From: Yuukianura sp. NJ FZ-2021
Taxonomy: Eukaryota
DNA length: 64,000 nt
Assembly: GCA_046563655.1 (NCBI GenBank)
Contig: CM102286.1
Coordinates: 6,572,001-6,636,000, forward strand
Direction: 5' to 3'
Shown here: positions 1 to 13,400 of the stretch, in pieces
Numbering within the stretch: position 1 is the first letter of the stretch
How the letters are laid out: each line of letters opens with the position of its first letter
Program-made: the position numbers and the translations under genes
Notes under the pieces: generated by a model
Told to the model about the DNA's origin: nothing
Databases searched by the model: none
What the model saw: only the letters and a program-made list of their open reading frames with translations

Positions 1-936
1 GAAGTGGTTGGAGTGATTACCAATACTACCGAACCGGACATTTATGACATAAATGAAGAATGCCAAGCATGATCGCTTTTGATAAGGCATCAATTAACAA
101 TGTTGTCCAGCAGAATGCGCAAAAAACTTGCAAATTTCGTGATCATACCTGAGCATCTCGCGGATTCCTTTCCTTGTGACATTTGTTAGAGTGATTTGAA
201 CAAATCAGGAGTCGCGTTAAGCCGATCCAAGATATTTTGTTTTATTAAAAAAAAATACCAAACCTACGTTTAAAAAGTCGTCACATAATTTAGATTTCTG
301 ATGACTCTGTTAGTTCGGTTCCTGTATCCTGTATAAACGCAGCTTTCTCCTTTTAGTTTGAAGATTTTGACGGCGTATAGCTCCTGTTGTGCCTTTGTAG
401 CTATGCCATTCTTTTGTTGTAATAATGATCTCATCCTACATGATGAGGCAGCCAGTGTCTCTAATCTGAATTCACGCCATTTAACTTACCACTCATGTGT
501 ACTCAGCAAAGAAAGCTTTCACTGCCTCCTTTGGAGTCTCGCGAATGTCTTCTGCTCCTCGGATGAACGGGATTTGGAAATCTCGACTTGATCTTAACCG
601 ACTTATGAGGGCCCTCCCAGAACCCGCCTGCTGTTTATGCATTATTTACTCCGGGAATTCAGCCCCATAAATCTAGCCTTAGTCTTAAATCCTCCACGCT
701 TCCCCCACCCTATCACTTTCTCCGCAACATGACAATTAATTATACTGGTTTTGTTTTCTCGGAATTGTTTTCTTGGTGACTTTTCTGTACTCGGTGGCCA
801 ATGGGTTTTGGCTATAACAGATTCAAATGTCCTCAGTCTCATCGCCCCTTGTATGAACAGTTTCCAACTTTTACTTTCTTGATTTAGTTGGGATAACAAA
901 AGGTAATAAGGAATCACCACTCTACACGCTCCACAG

Positions 937-1653
937 GGTTCCATGCCATTAGGCCCAATGAATTAGGCCCACAGCCATCAGGCCCAATGAATTAGGCCTA
1001 AAACAATTAGGCCCTCACTGCCTTTAGGCCCAAATCAATTGGGCCCACAAAAATTTTAGGCCCAAAACTTTTAGGCCCACAGCATCTTTAGGCCCTCATG
1101 CTTTACACCCTCAGATTTTTAGGTCCTCGGACACTTATGGACGAATACTACTGGAGTACAGAAAGTGGTCACCAAATAACAATTTTTGAAGGCTATAAAA
1201 ACCTTATTTCGAAAAAAAACATACCTAACATAAAAAGAAACCCTCGAAACTTAATCCGTATTGCGAACTCTAAAAAACCTAACCTTACTTAACATAAACG
1301 CTCGAGACGTAATCAGCATTGCCGACGTTAAAGAAACCTAACACCGCGCCTTCGGCGCGGGAAACTATAAACACACTATGAACCACAGGGGCTGTCCATA
1401 AAGGATTCGTGTGTCGTGTCCACAAGTGTCCGGGTCCATAAGCGGCTGTGTCCATAAGTGTCCGAGGAACTAAAAATCTGAGGGTGTAAAGCGTGAGGGC
1501 CTAAAGATGCTGTGGCCTAAAAGTTTTGGGCCTAAAATTTTTGTGGGCCTAATTCATTTGGGCCTAAAGGCAGTGAGGGCCTAATTGTTTTGGGCCAAAT
1601 TCATTGGGCCTGATGGCTGTGGGCCTAATTCATTGGGCCTAATGGCGTGCTTC
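937..1653. mobile_element. Non-autonomous foldback / Mutator-like element with ~200-bp TIRs built of TTAGGCCC modules
   Basis: 942-1142 is the near-perfect reverse complement of 1450-1649; flanking direct repeat GCTCCACAG at 928-936 and 1654-1662 (9 bp, 10 if the preceding C is counted); no transposase. Confidence 0.88.
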
Positions 1654-3930
1654 GCTCCACAGAGCCACAAATGGAATCCTCTGACACATGTTAGTTGTCT
1701 GTCGCAAAAATGTCAACCGGCGTCATTAATTATTTGTAAATGCTTTTAGAGATTAAGAAAATGCAGTTTAACTTACGCATTTGTCGGGGAGGGTTTATAA
1801 CCTTGAAATCATAAATTTGACAGTGATATCTAGTGTCTGTGACGCTTTTTCAGCCGCATTGATTTTTACGCTTTTTGTGTTCCGATGGTCATGAATTTCT
1901 TGGAATCGGAATATAAACTTTGTAATCTGATTGGACAAATCCTAGGAAATCATTGTTGACAAAAGATAGTAAACAGGTTTGTCGTGATTCCTGTAGTTAA
2001 TGTTCGAAGGGTGAGCAAAGGTCAGTGAAAACGGAAACGGAGACAAAGAAAGGCGGGTTCAAAGGACGCTTTCGAGTAGTGCTTTCAGATTTAAGCCAAA
2101 GAGTAGAGCCACTGTTACTTCGGAGACAAGGGGACATTTGTTCGGTTGACAAGGAAAACAAGGCCCTGAAAGTACATTAGTCACTTTTACACTTGTGAAG
2201 TCAGAGCTCCTTTCTAGTTGTGGCTCATTCTATCTGTTGGAGATCCACGAGGCGGATAAATGAAGGAATAGGAGGATGATATATAGACTTTCTAAAGACA
2301 GGTTTTTTGATGTTGGTCTTCTTCGTGGCCAAATGCTTTGTGAACGAGGGAAAGGCAGGGCGTTGGGGGCTGGAGACTTATCTCCTCCGTCCAAATGCTT
2401 CATTAGTTTTTTCTTCTTTGTCTCTTAAGACTTTCCTTTGGCTTTCTCCAATTCTTTTTCTTTTCACAACTAAACTTTAGATGTCCTTTCCTTTTGTGTC
2501 CTATCTCCCACTCTGCCGGTGGCTCTATGGTGGCATAGTTTGGCTTCTGCTCTTTTATTTCTTACTTTCCCTCCCTGAATTCTGGGATCTAAAGAGGGAC
2601 AATGGAATCGAATGATGACACTGCCAAGCTTTTTCTCGAGACGCACATGGAAGGATTCGATTCCTTTGACTGCCTCACCAAACTCCGCCACTTGCCCTGC
2701 TTTTCGTCTTCTCCTCTCTGCTTTTGGCCGAAATTTCCTTTGAGGTCTCCATCAAGATCCGTGCCAATATTTTCCTTTTTAAATTATCATTCAAGAGGAA
2801 AGAAATCATTCAGGATGAACTTTATTCTCTTCTCACTTTCCCCAAACCCAATGGTTTTCTCTCACTCCATTATTTCCAAATGCTTCCACTCTCTATAGAT
2901 CCAACACCATCAGTCTCGTTTCTCCCGCTGGCAACACGAAGCTTCACACATTTGAATGAATCTGATTTAGTCTTTCCCGGAATCCAAGACTAAACGTTCG
3001 CCGGTTTCTAAAAATTCCGTGAACTCAATTTTTTTTATTTTAAAAAGCTCTGGGTTTAAAATCAAAAGATTTTTTTTTTCAAATGTCTGCAAATGATTGA
3101 AATAAGACAAAAATAAGTGCCATTAATACATAACATTGCTAAATAAAACAGTTGAAATCATTTCCAAGGCTACTTCAGAATGCAAAACCAATGTCAAGCT
3201 TTGAAAATCATGGATTTCACAGTCGTGGGGTTTCTCTTTTTCCTCGAAATGAAAAGAAAGCTTTCCTCTTGCTTTGTTTTGAACAGCAGTAAACTTTTCA
3301 AAGGTAGAAAGCTCGGGGACGAATATCCAGTTATGAGGAAAATTTCGTCTGTCGCGTATCACAGAAAAAGAGGAAAACTTTTTTATGTGAATAAACCGAA
3401 ATTCGGTTCTTGTAAAGTTCAAGGAAAGTTCATCCTCTAGGAGAAACCTTTTTCCTTTGTGTATGAAGTTTCTATGTTTATTTCTCGAGTGACTTTTCCC
3501 ACGCGTCGTTTTCCTACCTTCATGTGTGGATGTACAACTTCACTTCAGGATCCTCCATGGTGCTTTCAAAAACATCAAACAAGCCTTGAATGAGTCTCCG
3601 TTGTATGCTTGTCATACCAGACGGAATTATTGACTTGTTGGTACTACAGAAACACAAATTCAACTGAAAAAGAGGTGATTCGTACAAACGACTTCCTTCG
3701 AGGAAAGGGCATCATACCATGTTTTGTATGTTGTTGGTTTACTCTTTTGTGGCCTTTGTATTGGACGCTTTTGTGAGATTTTGACAAATTGGTAATTAGA
3801 CGTAATAGTTTCGTTCCTGTCCAAAAGAGCGGTATCAATTGTAACTTCCTATTTGTCAAGTTAATAATCTTCCTAACCTAAATTCTTGTTCATTGAAATC
3901 CAAATTGAACATATTATATCAAAACACAAT

Positions 3931-3936
3931 TTTATT
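3931..3936 (-). other. Candidate polyadenylation signal (AATAAA) of the Side-like gene
   Basis: TTTATT on plus strand ~170 nt downstream of the stop codon; other candidates lie further downstream, so usage is unproven. Confidence 0.3.
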
Positions 3937-4103
3937 TGGTGTTTTAAACAATCTCAGAGTAACGGGAATAACCTATCAATTGCAGTTATACTCAAATACT
4001 GCAACAGGCTTTTAGAATCTGTAGTACCGCGATTAAGTTCATATTTGGAAAGTGCTGCAGGGACTTTCACTTGCATTCTCTTTGAGAAATACTTGTTTTA
4101 GTT

Positions 4104-4492
4104 TTAAACGCAGCTCTCTGGAATGTCAGTGTCGTGGAATAGTTTGTCTCGAATGTAAATTGTGTTGTAGTCATTTACGGAAGTTGCGGAGTTAGTTGAG
4201 AACTCTGGCGGGCTGTGTGAGTAGCAATTCGGAAGTTTAGGATTGATATGGTTCGGATGTGGCACCGAGTGCATCGAGCCGTAAGGCCCAGATCGAGCGG
4301 CCCTATCAAGGGAACTACTTCGGCATTGTTGGTAGGGTGTTGTTGCGTAGAATGCCGCAGAAGGCGGTAAGGTCATTGGGGAATTTGGCTGATAGACAGA
4401 CTGCTGGTAGGTTGATGAGGGCTGTCCGTGCCCAGCGGAAGTGAGGTACATTCCAGCTTGCATCATTGCTCTCTCCAACTCGTCATCATATT
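4104..4492 (-). CDS. Side-like terminal exon 13 (cytoplasmic tail ending ESCV*)
   Basis: TTTCAG acceptor, phase 1, open to TAA at 4104-4106; C-terminal S-x-V class I PDZ-binding motif. Confidence 0.85.
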
Positions 4493-7400
4493 CTGAAACA
4501 ATCATAACGGCAAAACAAGAAGAAAAAGTTATGTTACATTATACTAATTTGCAAATATTTCTAAAGCCTCAACAAACTTTTTTTTTGTTAAACGGTTTAT
4601 GCCAGCTTCGAATGCTAAAGCACAAGAAAAAAGCTCGGATGCTTAAAGAAAATTAGTTGGCCATGTTTGGGAAGTAGGAAAGTACTCCAGCTTAAGTGAT
4701 ATGGCCTTGTTTTTAACGAAAACATTTAGGCGGGAATAGGAAGTAGGCTATTACCTGTTGGATAGGTATTGGAACCGGGAATGATGTCTGGGTTAGCATC
4801 CGCCTCAGTTTTTGACTGTGGTAAAGCCCGGTAACCACCCAAACCAATTATGGCCGCATTGCTCGGACTCGTGGTCGTTGTGGTCAAGGGGGCTTGCGGC
4901 AAAATGAAGCCGTCGCTGTGACGATTCTTTTCGCAGCTTGCACTAGTCCCACCGTTAGCTCGTAGAATTGAAGAAGAGTTTGAAGTTGTTACACAGAAGC
5001 GTCTGGAGCGAAGGATAAGAGCCAAGGCCAGCGTCAGAAGCGTCCCCATCACGGCCAACCCAACCCCAACAGCAACCACGGGATAAAATTCGATTTGGTT
5101 TCGCCTTTCTCCTGCGTCAAATTCAATCAGCTCAAATTACATGGATGCCTTTTCACATCTTAACTCTACAAAATTACATCTTTATTCCTTCTCAGCCTTC
5201 CCTTTGGACTCGATTCAAAGTTCGCTTCTGATCATATTACGCCACTCGAATTCCAATTCAACTGGAATTCCGTGTATCCAAGTTCCAAAATGAACAAAGT
5301 TTTTCAAATAAAAGTTTCTCTTTTTTAAAAAAACAAAATTCCTTAGAGCGTTGGTGTTTACATGTGAGAAATACAATGATCGGAAATCCGAATTTCGTCC
5401 AAAAATGAAAAAATAAGTCTACGGGGATGTTGTCCCAAAGTCAAAACAGTCTTTTCGTGTTAAAAGTTTTCTATAATAAAAGAAGTTGAAGGAAATGTCG
5501 CATATCTACAGTGACTCAATGACATAAAATCCCATTTGAGCCCAAACCCACCGAGTCAACCGGAAGTGAAAGCGTTCTGGGAGACTTGGGGTGGCCGCCG
5601 CTTGTGCTTTCTCTGATGGCTTTTGCCTTCCGCACTCCTTACTCATGAGTGTACTCATGGGGGAGGAAATCGGTGCTTCTACACATGGAAAGTTCAAAAC
5701 TCATATTTGTAAAAGGAAAAGCAAACCCTTTTTCAGAAAAGACTTTACTTTAGTACTTCATTAACTTGAGCTAGAATTTCTAACCTAGAAAGCGATTTTG
5801 CTGGAAACTCATTACATGGACCGCCTGAATGATTGGTTTTTAAAACCTCTTTTAATAACAAAAATCAATACAAAATCTATCTCCGAAGGATTTTGATAAA
5901 TAGTGCAAAAACATTCTTAATTATGAAACCTTTAGTAGAAAAACGGGATATTTATTGATACTGGAAACAGCAAGGAAGTTATTGTTACGCCTTCAAAAAA
6001 TAATTAAAATCTTCTTCCTCTTATTTATTGTCGTGCCATCCATACTTTGCTCCTCCTGACACTTTTTGTCGAATGGCAGATGCCGTCGTACATCATCTCT
6101 TGGGCGGGTATAACATTGGGGTGCTAGGAATGGAGACGTGGGAATTTCATCTTTGATAAATGATTTGTTGGAGAAGAGGGTAAGAAAATATTGGAGAAAT
6201 GTGTGACTATTGTCTTCTTATTTTATGTAGTAGTTCTTAGGTACTTGGGAAGTATCAGAGAATGACAATGGAGTTCATATTTGTTGTTGAAGTTGACTCA
6301 GAAGTTGTAAGTATAAAGCATAGTTGAGATCCTATAGAAGAGTCATTCACTCACTCCATACGTCCTTCACTTTCTCTTGTTACACAAAGAGCTTTCCCCA
6401 TTGTCCTCACCCTCCGGTTTTTTGGCTCCCGACGACATATTTTCTTCACCAATTAAAATACCAAAAGGAATTCAGGAAAATAGAAAAAAAATCACCCTGT
6501 TACTTTTCGGGTCTCAAATGAGAATGTAATTTCCTCACTACAAAGCAACCTTAGTCTTATTTGTTAAGATTAGATAAAATATTATAACTGTAATTCCTCG
6601 GATTTTTGAAATTCCGTTAATCTCTCAGGTATTATGAAAATTTCAAGCATTTAAAGTGATATTGTTGTTTGTAAACCGTACAACACAATTTCAAGGAATT
6701 CCTTTGAACCGGCAAAAGTTATTAAATTCTGCAAGCCTAAAATCTTTTGGGCAATTCCTGGCTTTCTTTTAAGTTAATTTTTATAAGAGCATGTTTATCT
6801 GGTGAGAGTCATCACCATTATGGTTTGTTCTGCATAACACAGGAAATAGTCTTCCTGAAATAAACCATTTTGTTGAAAACAAAAAAAAATAGTTTCAGAG
6901 CTGAATTTGTAATTGGAAAGTGGAGAAAGGTTTTTAAATGCCTTCTGCCTCCCCATTTTCATGCCGGGATATTATTGTACGGAAAAATATAATTTTGAAA
7001 GTTACTGAAATAAGAAGACAAAGATGATTTTACAAACCGTGAATTGGCAATTTTCAATGAAATCATGAAATATCAGTGACGACATTTGGAATAAACATAT
7101 TTATGTAGCTTCGGATTACTATGTTAGCACAAAATCTAATCTTCCTGTATAATACGAGGTTGTATCGAAAATGATTGAACCTAAGATAATTTTACCAGGT
7201 ACTCTTTATGTTAAACATTTACACCTTCAGCAGTTTTGCAAGAAAGGAAAACTACAAAGTGGCGATGCATGTTTATGTCGACTGTAGGCGAATAGGTTTG
7301 GTGCAGTAGACAGTTGCCACAATCGAAAAATTTTCCACCTCATTAACCCGCGTTTTTCAGTTAACGTTAAAACCGTTAAATAAAATTGTGAGTGGATTAC

Positions 7401-10400
7401 TGTGAGCTCAATTGGATTCACCTTAAGTAACCGTCCACCGTAATCCGCTCGGGATTGTCCTGCGATGCGTGCGTTTGCATCCGTGGGTTTGCTTCCCGTA
7501 CTCACTATCCGGTAACGCGCGTTGGTTACAGTAAGCCTATACGAATGTGGCATGTAATAAAATCCTCACACTCCATGTGAATTTATGCTGTAATTTTATG
7601 GGACACTGAGGAGGCAGATGGCAATTAATTCTTATAACTCTTACCCGGAACTTAGTCATTTAAGCTCCCAAAATGTTTAAACCCTGCTTCCCGAGACTGT
7701 TTTCTCCATTTTTCAAACGGAGTTTTCAAAACTAATTTTCCTAGAGCAAATCTTACAAGGGATGACAGGACAGTTTACTATGTGCATTCAACTCCACATC
7801 CGGGTGCAGATTATTGCAACTTCATAACACTTTTATGGGCATTAGTACGCAAAAGTGCAAAATTAAACCGTTCCCTGTTTCAACTTCTTCAGGAATCCAC
7901 AATGGGTTTTGAGATAGGGGCCAGCACGAATAAAACGAATGTATCAAATCCGCGCGATACTAACATGGTAGCTTCATTTTGAAGTGATGTGTTAGGATTT
8001 AAGGTATTTTAAGCATTGGAGTACGGATACGTTCGCAATACGGAAGAGAAAATCAGGAAATACATTGTGGACATAGGACGCTGGAACTTATTCGATTCAT
8101 CAGAAAGCATTGAATCGGAAGCAAAATGTAAAAATGTCGTTTTGAACTTTAACGTATGGTTAAGCTAAATTGCTGCGACGGAGTGCGTCAGTAGAGAAAC
8201 GACTGCGGGGGACGGTACTGAATATGCCCCCTTTTTAGGCTTTTTGTCCAGCTGATAGCCACTTTCATCCAGATGGCATCCAGTTTTGATGGATGAAATT
8301 GAGTTTTGTCCGGCAGAAACTACTTTAAGCCGGACAAATCCGAGAAATCATTCGAATTAAAGTATATTAGCCTACAAATGTCATCAACATTAAATATTTG
8401 ATGTCACAGACAACTTTTCGACATCAACTAATACTTCTATAGTGGTTGGAATTTATTCGTGCTAGTAACATTACCAAAACCCACTGTGGAATCATAAGAA
8501 ACTGAATAGATGTTAAAAACGCCGACAAAGAAACATTTGTGTGGATTTACATTGGGATAAACGTTTATAATTAAATGCTTTGAATACAATGTTACAAAAT
8601 AAAGACGTTTTAAATGGCGATGTTTATCAGCTAGGATTATGTCGTAAAGAAATGCGTCCTCCTATTTTCCTCCAGCCCTTAGGCGGATTCAATGTTTCAA
8701 TGTTGCAAATTCCAATTTCCATTTTGGTGTTTAGAGAAGAAACCTCAAAGTCGTAACTCCCGAGGATGTCTCCTCTGCATTCAATTCTAACACAAAAAGT
8801 GCTCTACACAAAGGACAGAAAACTTTCTTCTGCTCCTTTCCTTCCGCTCCTTTCTCTGCTACTTTCCACTCACTCATTTCTTCCTCTAATCCCACTCTCC
8901 CGCCCTGTAACTGCACCTTCACCCTTCATTACCATACACCCATACGCCCATCATTACTCTTTCCACTTCCATCCATAGACACTAAGGCACTAGAACTTTC
9001 AGAGTTCGCAATAACGCCTTCCCTTCCGCCCTTTACTTCACTCTCTGTCTCTACTTTCTCCCAGTAATTACCTTTGATTTTCCTCATAAAAGAGCAGAAC
9101 AAAGGAAATTTCCATTTTTCATAATCACGTTGTCACCTCGTTTCAATTTCTAACGCTTGATTTTACATCCCGTTCACAAAATTCCGAGTCCCTCGTTATA
9201 CTTAAAACAGACAAGAGCTTGGTTCTCTAACACAGTAGTAGCATTAACCCAGTTGCAAACTTGAACCCGGATCAAAGAGAAAGAGAAAAGTGGGAATGTA
9301 GAGGAATTATTTTGGATTACCGAGATCCTGCCTCTCGACTTCTCCTCCCAGTTGAGCCTCGATGGTGACAGGTTCTGATTTACCATGTGAATTGGCAGCG
9401 TAGAGGATAAAACGGAGCCAAGACCCTGCACCAAGTCCTCTGAGAATAAAGACGGGAGTCTCTGAACTTAAATTACGACGGATAGACCGATTCCTGATGT
9501 CCCAAACTTCACAGATGTAGAACTCAGGAAAAAGTCCGTACTCGGCAGGATCTTGATGAGAGGGCTCTGTACCATCTTCTCCGAGTCCGTTCATGATGCG
9601 TAAGAGCGGTTGATCTGGAATTGACGGCAACTCACGATGACTGCTGCACTCGACCTGAATTGTTGTTCCCGTCTGGTTAGAGACACTGCAATTCTCCAGG
9701 GGGTGAGGCTTCACTGTCAACGGAACACAAAACCAAATTAGCACCACTTCCAACTGCTAAATGTTAGAACAAAATGAATTGGGGAAACATCGTTCCATTG
9801 GGAATGCCAACTTCACTCAATAATATAGGTTTTAGGGAGAAAAGTGTTTTCAAGAACATAAGATATGACATTGCGATGTCAAATGCATAAAATGTGTTAA
9901 GTAGGTCCATCTTCAGACTCAAGAGAATAAACGATTAAGGATTGAATATTTGTTTGTACAAGACAATCAGAAATACTTTTCGATAAAAAACAATTCAGAA
10001 CAGGAAAGGAATAGTTTTTTAATGTTTGCTTTAAATTATGTTTCTTGTGGGAAACGAAATGTATAGAGTATTTTAATCACTTAAATTTTTAAAATTTAAT
10101 TGCCTGGATCGGATTTTAGTTAAATAAGTTCGGGTTGAGCTTAATTTTTATTTATTTCTGATTACATATTTAATTTAAAGCATAATCTTTAATAGCGTTT
10201 TTAATTATGCGTACATGTACAATTGCCCTAGGCGATATGAGTCAGCTTAAAACGCAATGATAAAAACCTCTGTGTTTAGTTTCATTTCCTCACTACATGC
10301 TCAAATGCAAATATTTGAACGTAACTCCCGTGCATCTCAGTTCATGAATATTCAACTTGGGGTTTAGAACCTTTCTCTGGAACTTTTCATTTCCCCTTCT

Positions 10401-13400
10401 ATAGGAGAATGACGAGCCTCATCTGTTTACAATGGAGGTTAGGTCCATAGTGACATTCTAATAGTGTTGGCACAATAAAAGGTGTGAACACTTTAATTTG
10501 AATTTGGACTCACCTGCAGCTACGACATGGAAGACGCATGGTTGGACTTGTCGTCCAACTGAATTACTTCCCCAACACAGGAAAGTGCCAAACTCCAAGT
10601 CCGTTTTAGGCGTGTAGAAGAATCGACTCAAATCAGCAAGTGACACTGTTTTTCCTAGGGCCACAATGTCCATACTATCGCTGGTTCCATGAAATTCCCA
10701 CTCAAACCGAAATGCTGTTGGATTGGATTCAACAGCACACCGAAGTCCTACACTTTCTCCTTTTGTGGCCCCAACGGTAACACCGGTTTTAGCTATGCAA
10801 ACAGGCGTATCTGAAACGTGAGTAAAATTGTGTTATTACGATTCGGGACTCATTGGGTTTTGATGAAACGTTCCTCAAGTCATTTCCACTAACATTAAAA
10901 TTTTCAATTTCGAGACTCAAATTTATGGAAAAGGAGACGCGGGGTGACAGTTTGACGCAAGCTGAGTTGAGTTGCTACATGACGGCAACTGTAAAATGCG
11001 ACATGGGTACTATAGTTTTTGCTAAGGAGAATAAAAGAAACAGTGTGCCTTCTTTTTCTTATTGTTCACACATACTCCTTGAACATGAATATTTTAGAGG
11101 AACTAAATTATAGGGAAAGTATAGCTGGAAGATAATAAGAAAGTGAAAACTCCCACAACTTTCTTCCTATCAACTTTTTCAGGCGTTTCACTGCCAACAA
11201 AAAAGCTGAAAAGAAACTTTGAGAGACAGAGTGATTCACATTGAATTCTTATGGGACATGTATCATAACGTTGAGTTCATTCGTAACTGGTACTGTAAAT
11301 AACTGGTCATGAATTACGTGCAAACATATAGTACAACCAAACAAAAGATATCTACGCGCTATAATTTCATTTTTGAAACCTCTAAAACGCAAATATAAAA
11401 AAAAGCAAAATTCAAAAATGTTCATGCAGCAACTGAATTTGAAAAAAAAATTATATGATATTTTCTTCAACAAAAGTCATTCTATCTATGGAACATAACA
11501 TGGAGTGGAAAGTTAACCTGTGCAATTGTTATAGCATAACCAGTTCATATGTTTCAACCTAATGATACCAGTTATAGGTGGTTAACAACTTACACATGAC
11601 GCTAAGCGGAACTTCATTGCTGTAAGTAGAGCCTTCTGCGTTTGTGGCGATGCAGCAGTAATTCCCATTTTGATTTCGATTCACTCCCTGTAGCACCAGA
11701 CTTTGGTTGCTCATAATTATTCCAGCTCCGATTGAATGCTTTAGTTCTTCTCCCTGCAATAACAGTTTTCTTTAAACTACAAAAACAAAACATTCCCTTT
11801 TCAACAACTTTTAGTACCAACGAGTTTTAGCACACAAAGTTGGAATTTCAACTTCCGAGAAGGAGAAAGTTGAGAGAAAGCTGAAACAAAGCTGAGTGTC
11901 GGGATTTGTAATTTGAAGGAAAATATAGGATCATTTGTCCCCAAGTATTAACAAAATGAATGAAATGACACGTTCTGCAGGACTCTCCTTCCTTGCTCAC
12001 TTATTTCTTAGTACGTGGACTTTCTCTACAGCTGGATCCAACAGTTGAAGTGAAACTTAGTTGCCCAAAGAGGATTCTTCGGAATGGCGTTTAGCTCTAA
12101 TGTGCTTCATCCTTTCCTAATTTGTACTGCCTTCCAACAAGATATCTCTCATTAGAGTTCCTCTCCTTTGAACTTTCTACAGATCTTTTGCTTAACTTTC
12201 ACTTACAATTTTCTCAATCAATAAACCTTTTCCACTTCTTCTCTACTATCTAATTGTTTTCTAAAACTGCTCCCCAGTGCAAAGATAAGAATGGCGCTAT
12301 TAAAAGAAATCGTGCTCGGCAGAATCAATTAAAAGTCTGCTTTCTCCACTTAAAGTGGAGATCCAAACATAACGTGTCAGTGACCTCTGCTTGGGTCAAT
12401 TTGTGTAAATCATAATGCACGATTTTAAGTATAATTCAAAAATAGTTAACAACATTTTGAGCTTTTGATGACAAGCGAAATGTGTTGTTTTGGGAAATAT
12501 TTTTTTTAAAAAGTAGAAAATACAAAAAAAAAATGTTGAGTCCCTGAAAAAAATAATACTGTCAGAAATGTTTCAAAAATCTATAAATGATAATCCACAT
12601 ATAGTGGAAACCGAATACGGCACAACATATGAGAACCTTTCCCTTCCGTAATCTTATTAGCGGCGTTTTGGTGAACCATGTTCTTTCTGCGGATTAATAA
12701 TAAATTCTGTTTGGCTTCCTGATCCTCGACCCATCGAGGGATCATCTTTTATCATTTACTTTGAGTAGCTGGTGGATGGTCTAATCTAGCAACTACTTCT
12801 GACGACTACGATTTGCTCAAGATCCTATTCCATAGGTTCCACACAGCCACTGTTACGGCTGTCGGTGAAAGTTGAGCCGCTGTTGACTAGCATTATCCTC
12901 TTTCGCATCATCCCCATCTGGGAATGCCTCTTCCAAATCCTTGTCTACATTCAACTCAAGTTGTTCCTACAATTTCTTCGAGATTCAACTAATCATGCTG
13001 TACACGTAGAAAATGGAAGGAGGCTTCAAAGAATCATTCTCTCCTCAACTTAACTTCTTTCCTTTCTTCCTTTTCCCAGTTCTCGGCCACACTTTGAGGC
13101 TTCTTTCCTTTTACAGTCAATGAACTCCAACCAGATAGTTCAACTTTTGCCCATGTTCCACTTTCAAAGAAGTTACGTAACGATGAAAGCCTATTTCCGA
13201 GGAAACCATTATTCTGATGGAAACTGCTAGCTCCTAATGTCATATTCATTGGTTTTGAAGTGTTGTACAGCCAGTCGGAACAAATGGGTAAGTACTTTTG
13301 TTAAATCAAAACAGAGAACGTATCGACCGACGGCAGGAGAAGTATTGACAACAAAAGAAGTTGAATTTAAGTTTCGGTTCTAGAAGAAACTATTTCCCAA

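Noticed and set aside
1..72. Open frame at window start (EVVGVITNTTEPDIYDINEECQA*)
   Set aside because: Too short to distinguish from chance.
7280..7545. CpG-richer patch with TAAC/GTTA motifs and a 108-aa minus ORF
   Set aside because: No recognisable protein motif, termini or TSD.
8160..8375. TTTTGTCC/GGACAAA and CATCCAG motif cluster resembling a decayed MITE
   Set aside because: No definable TIR pair or TSD.
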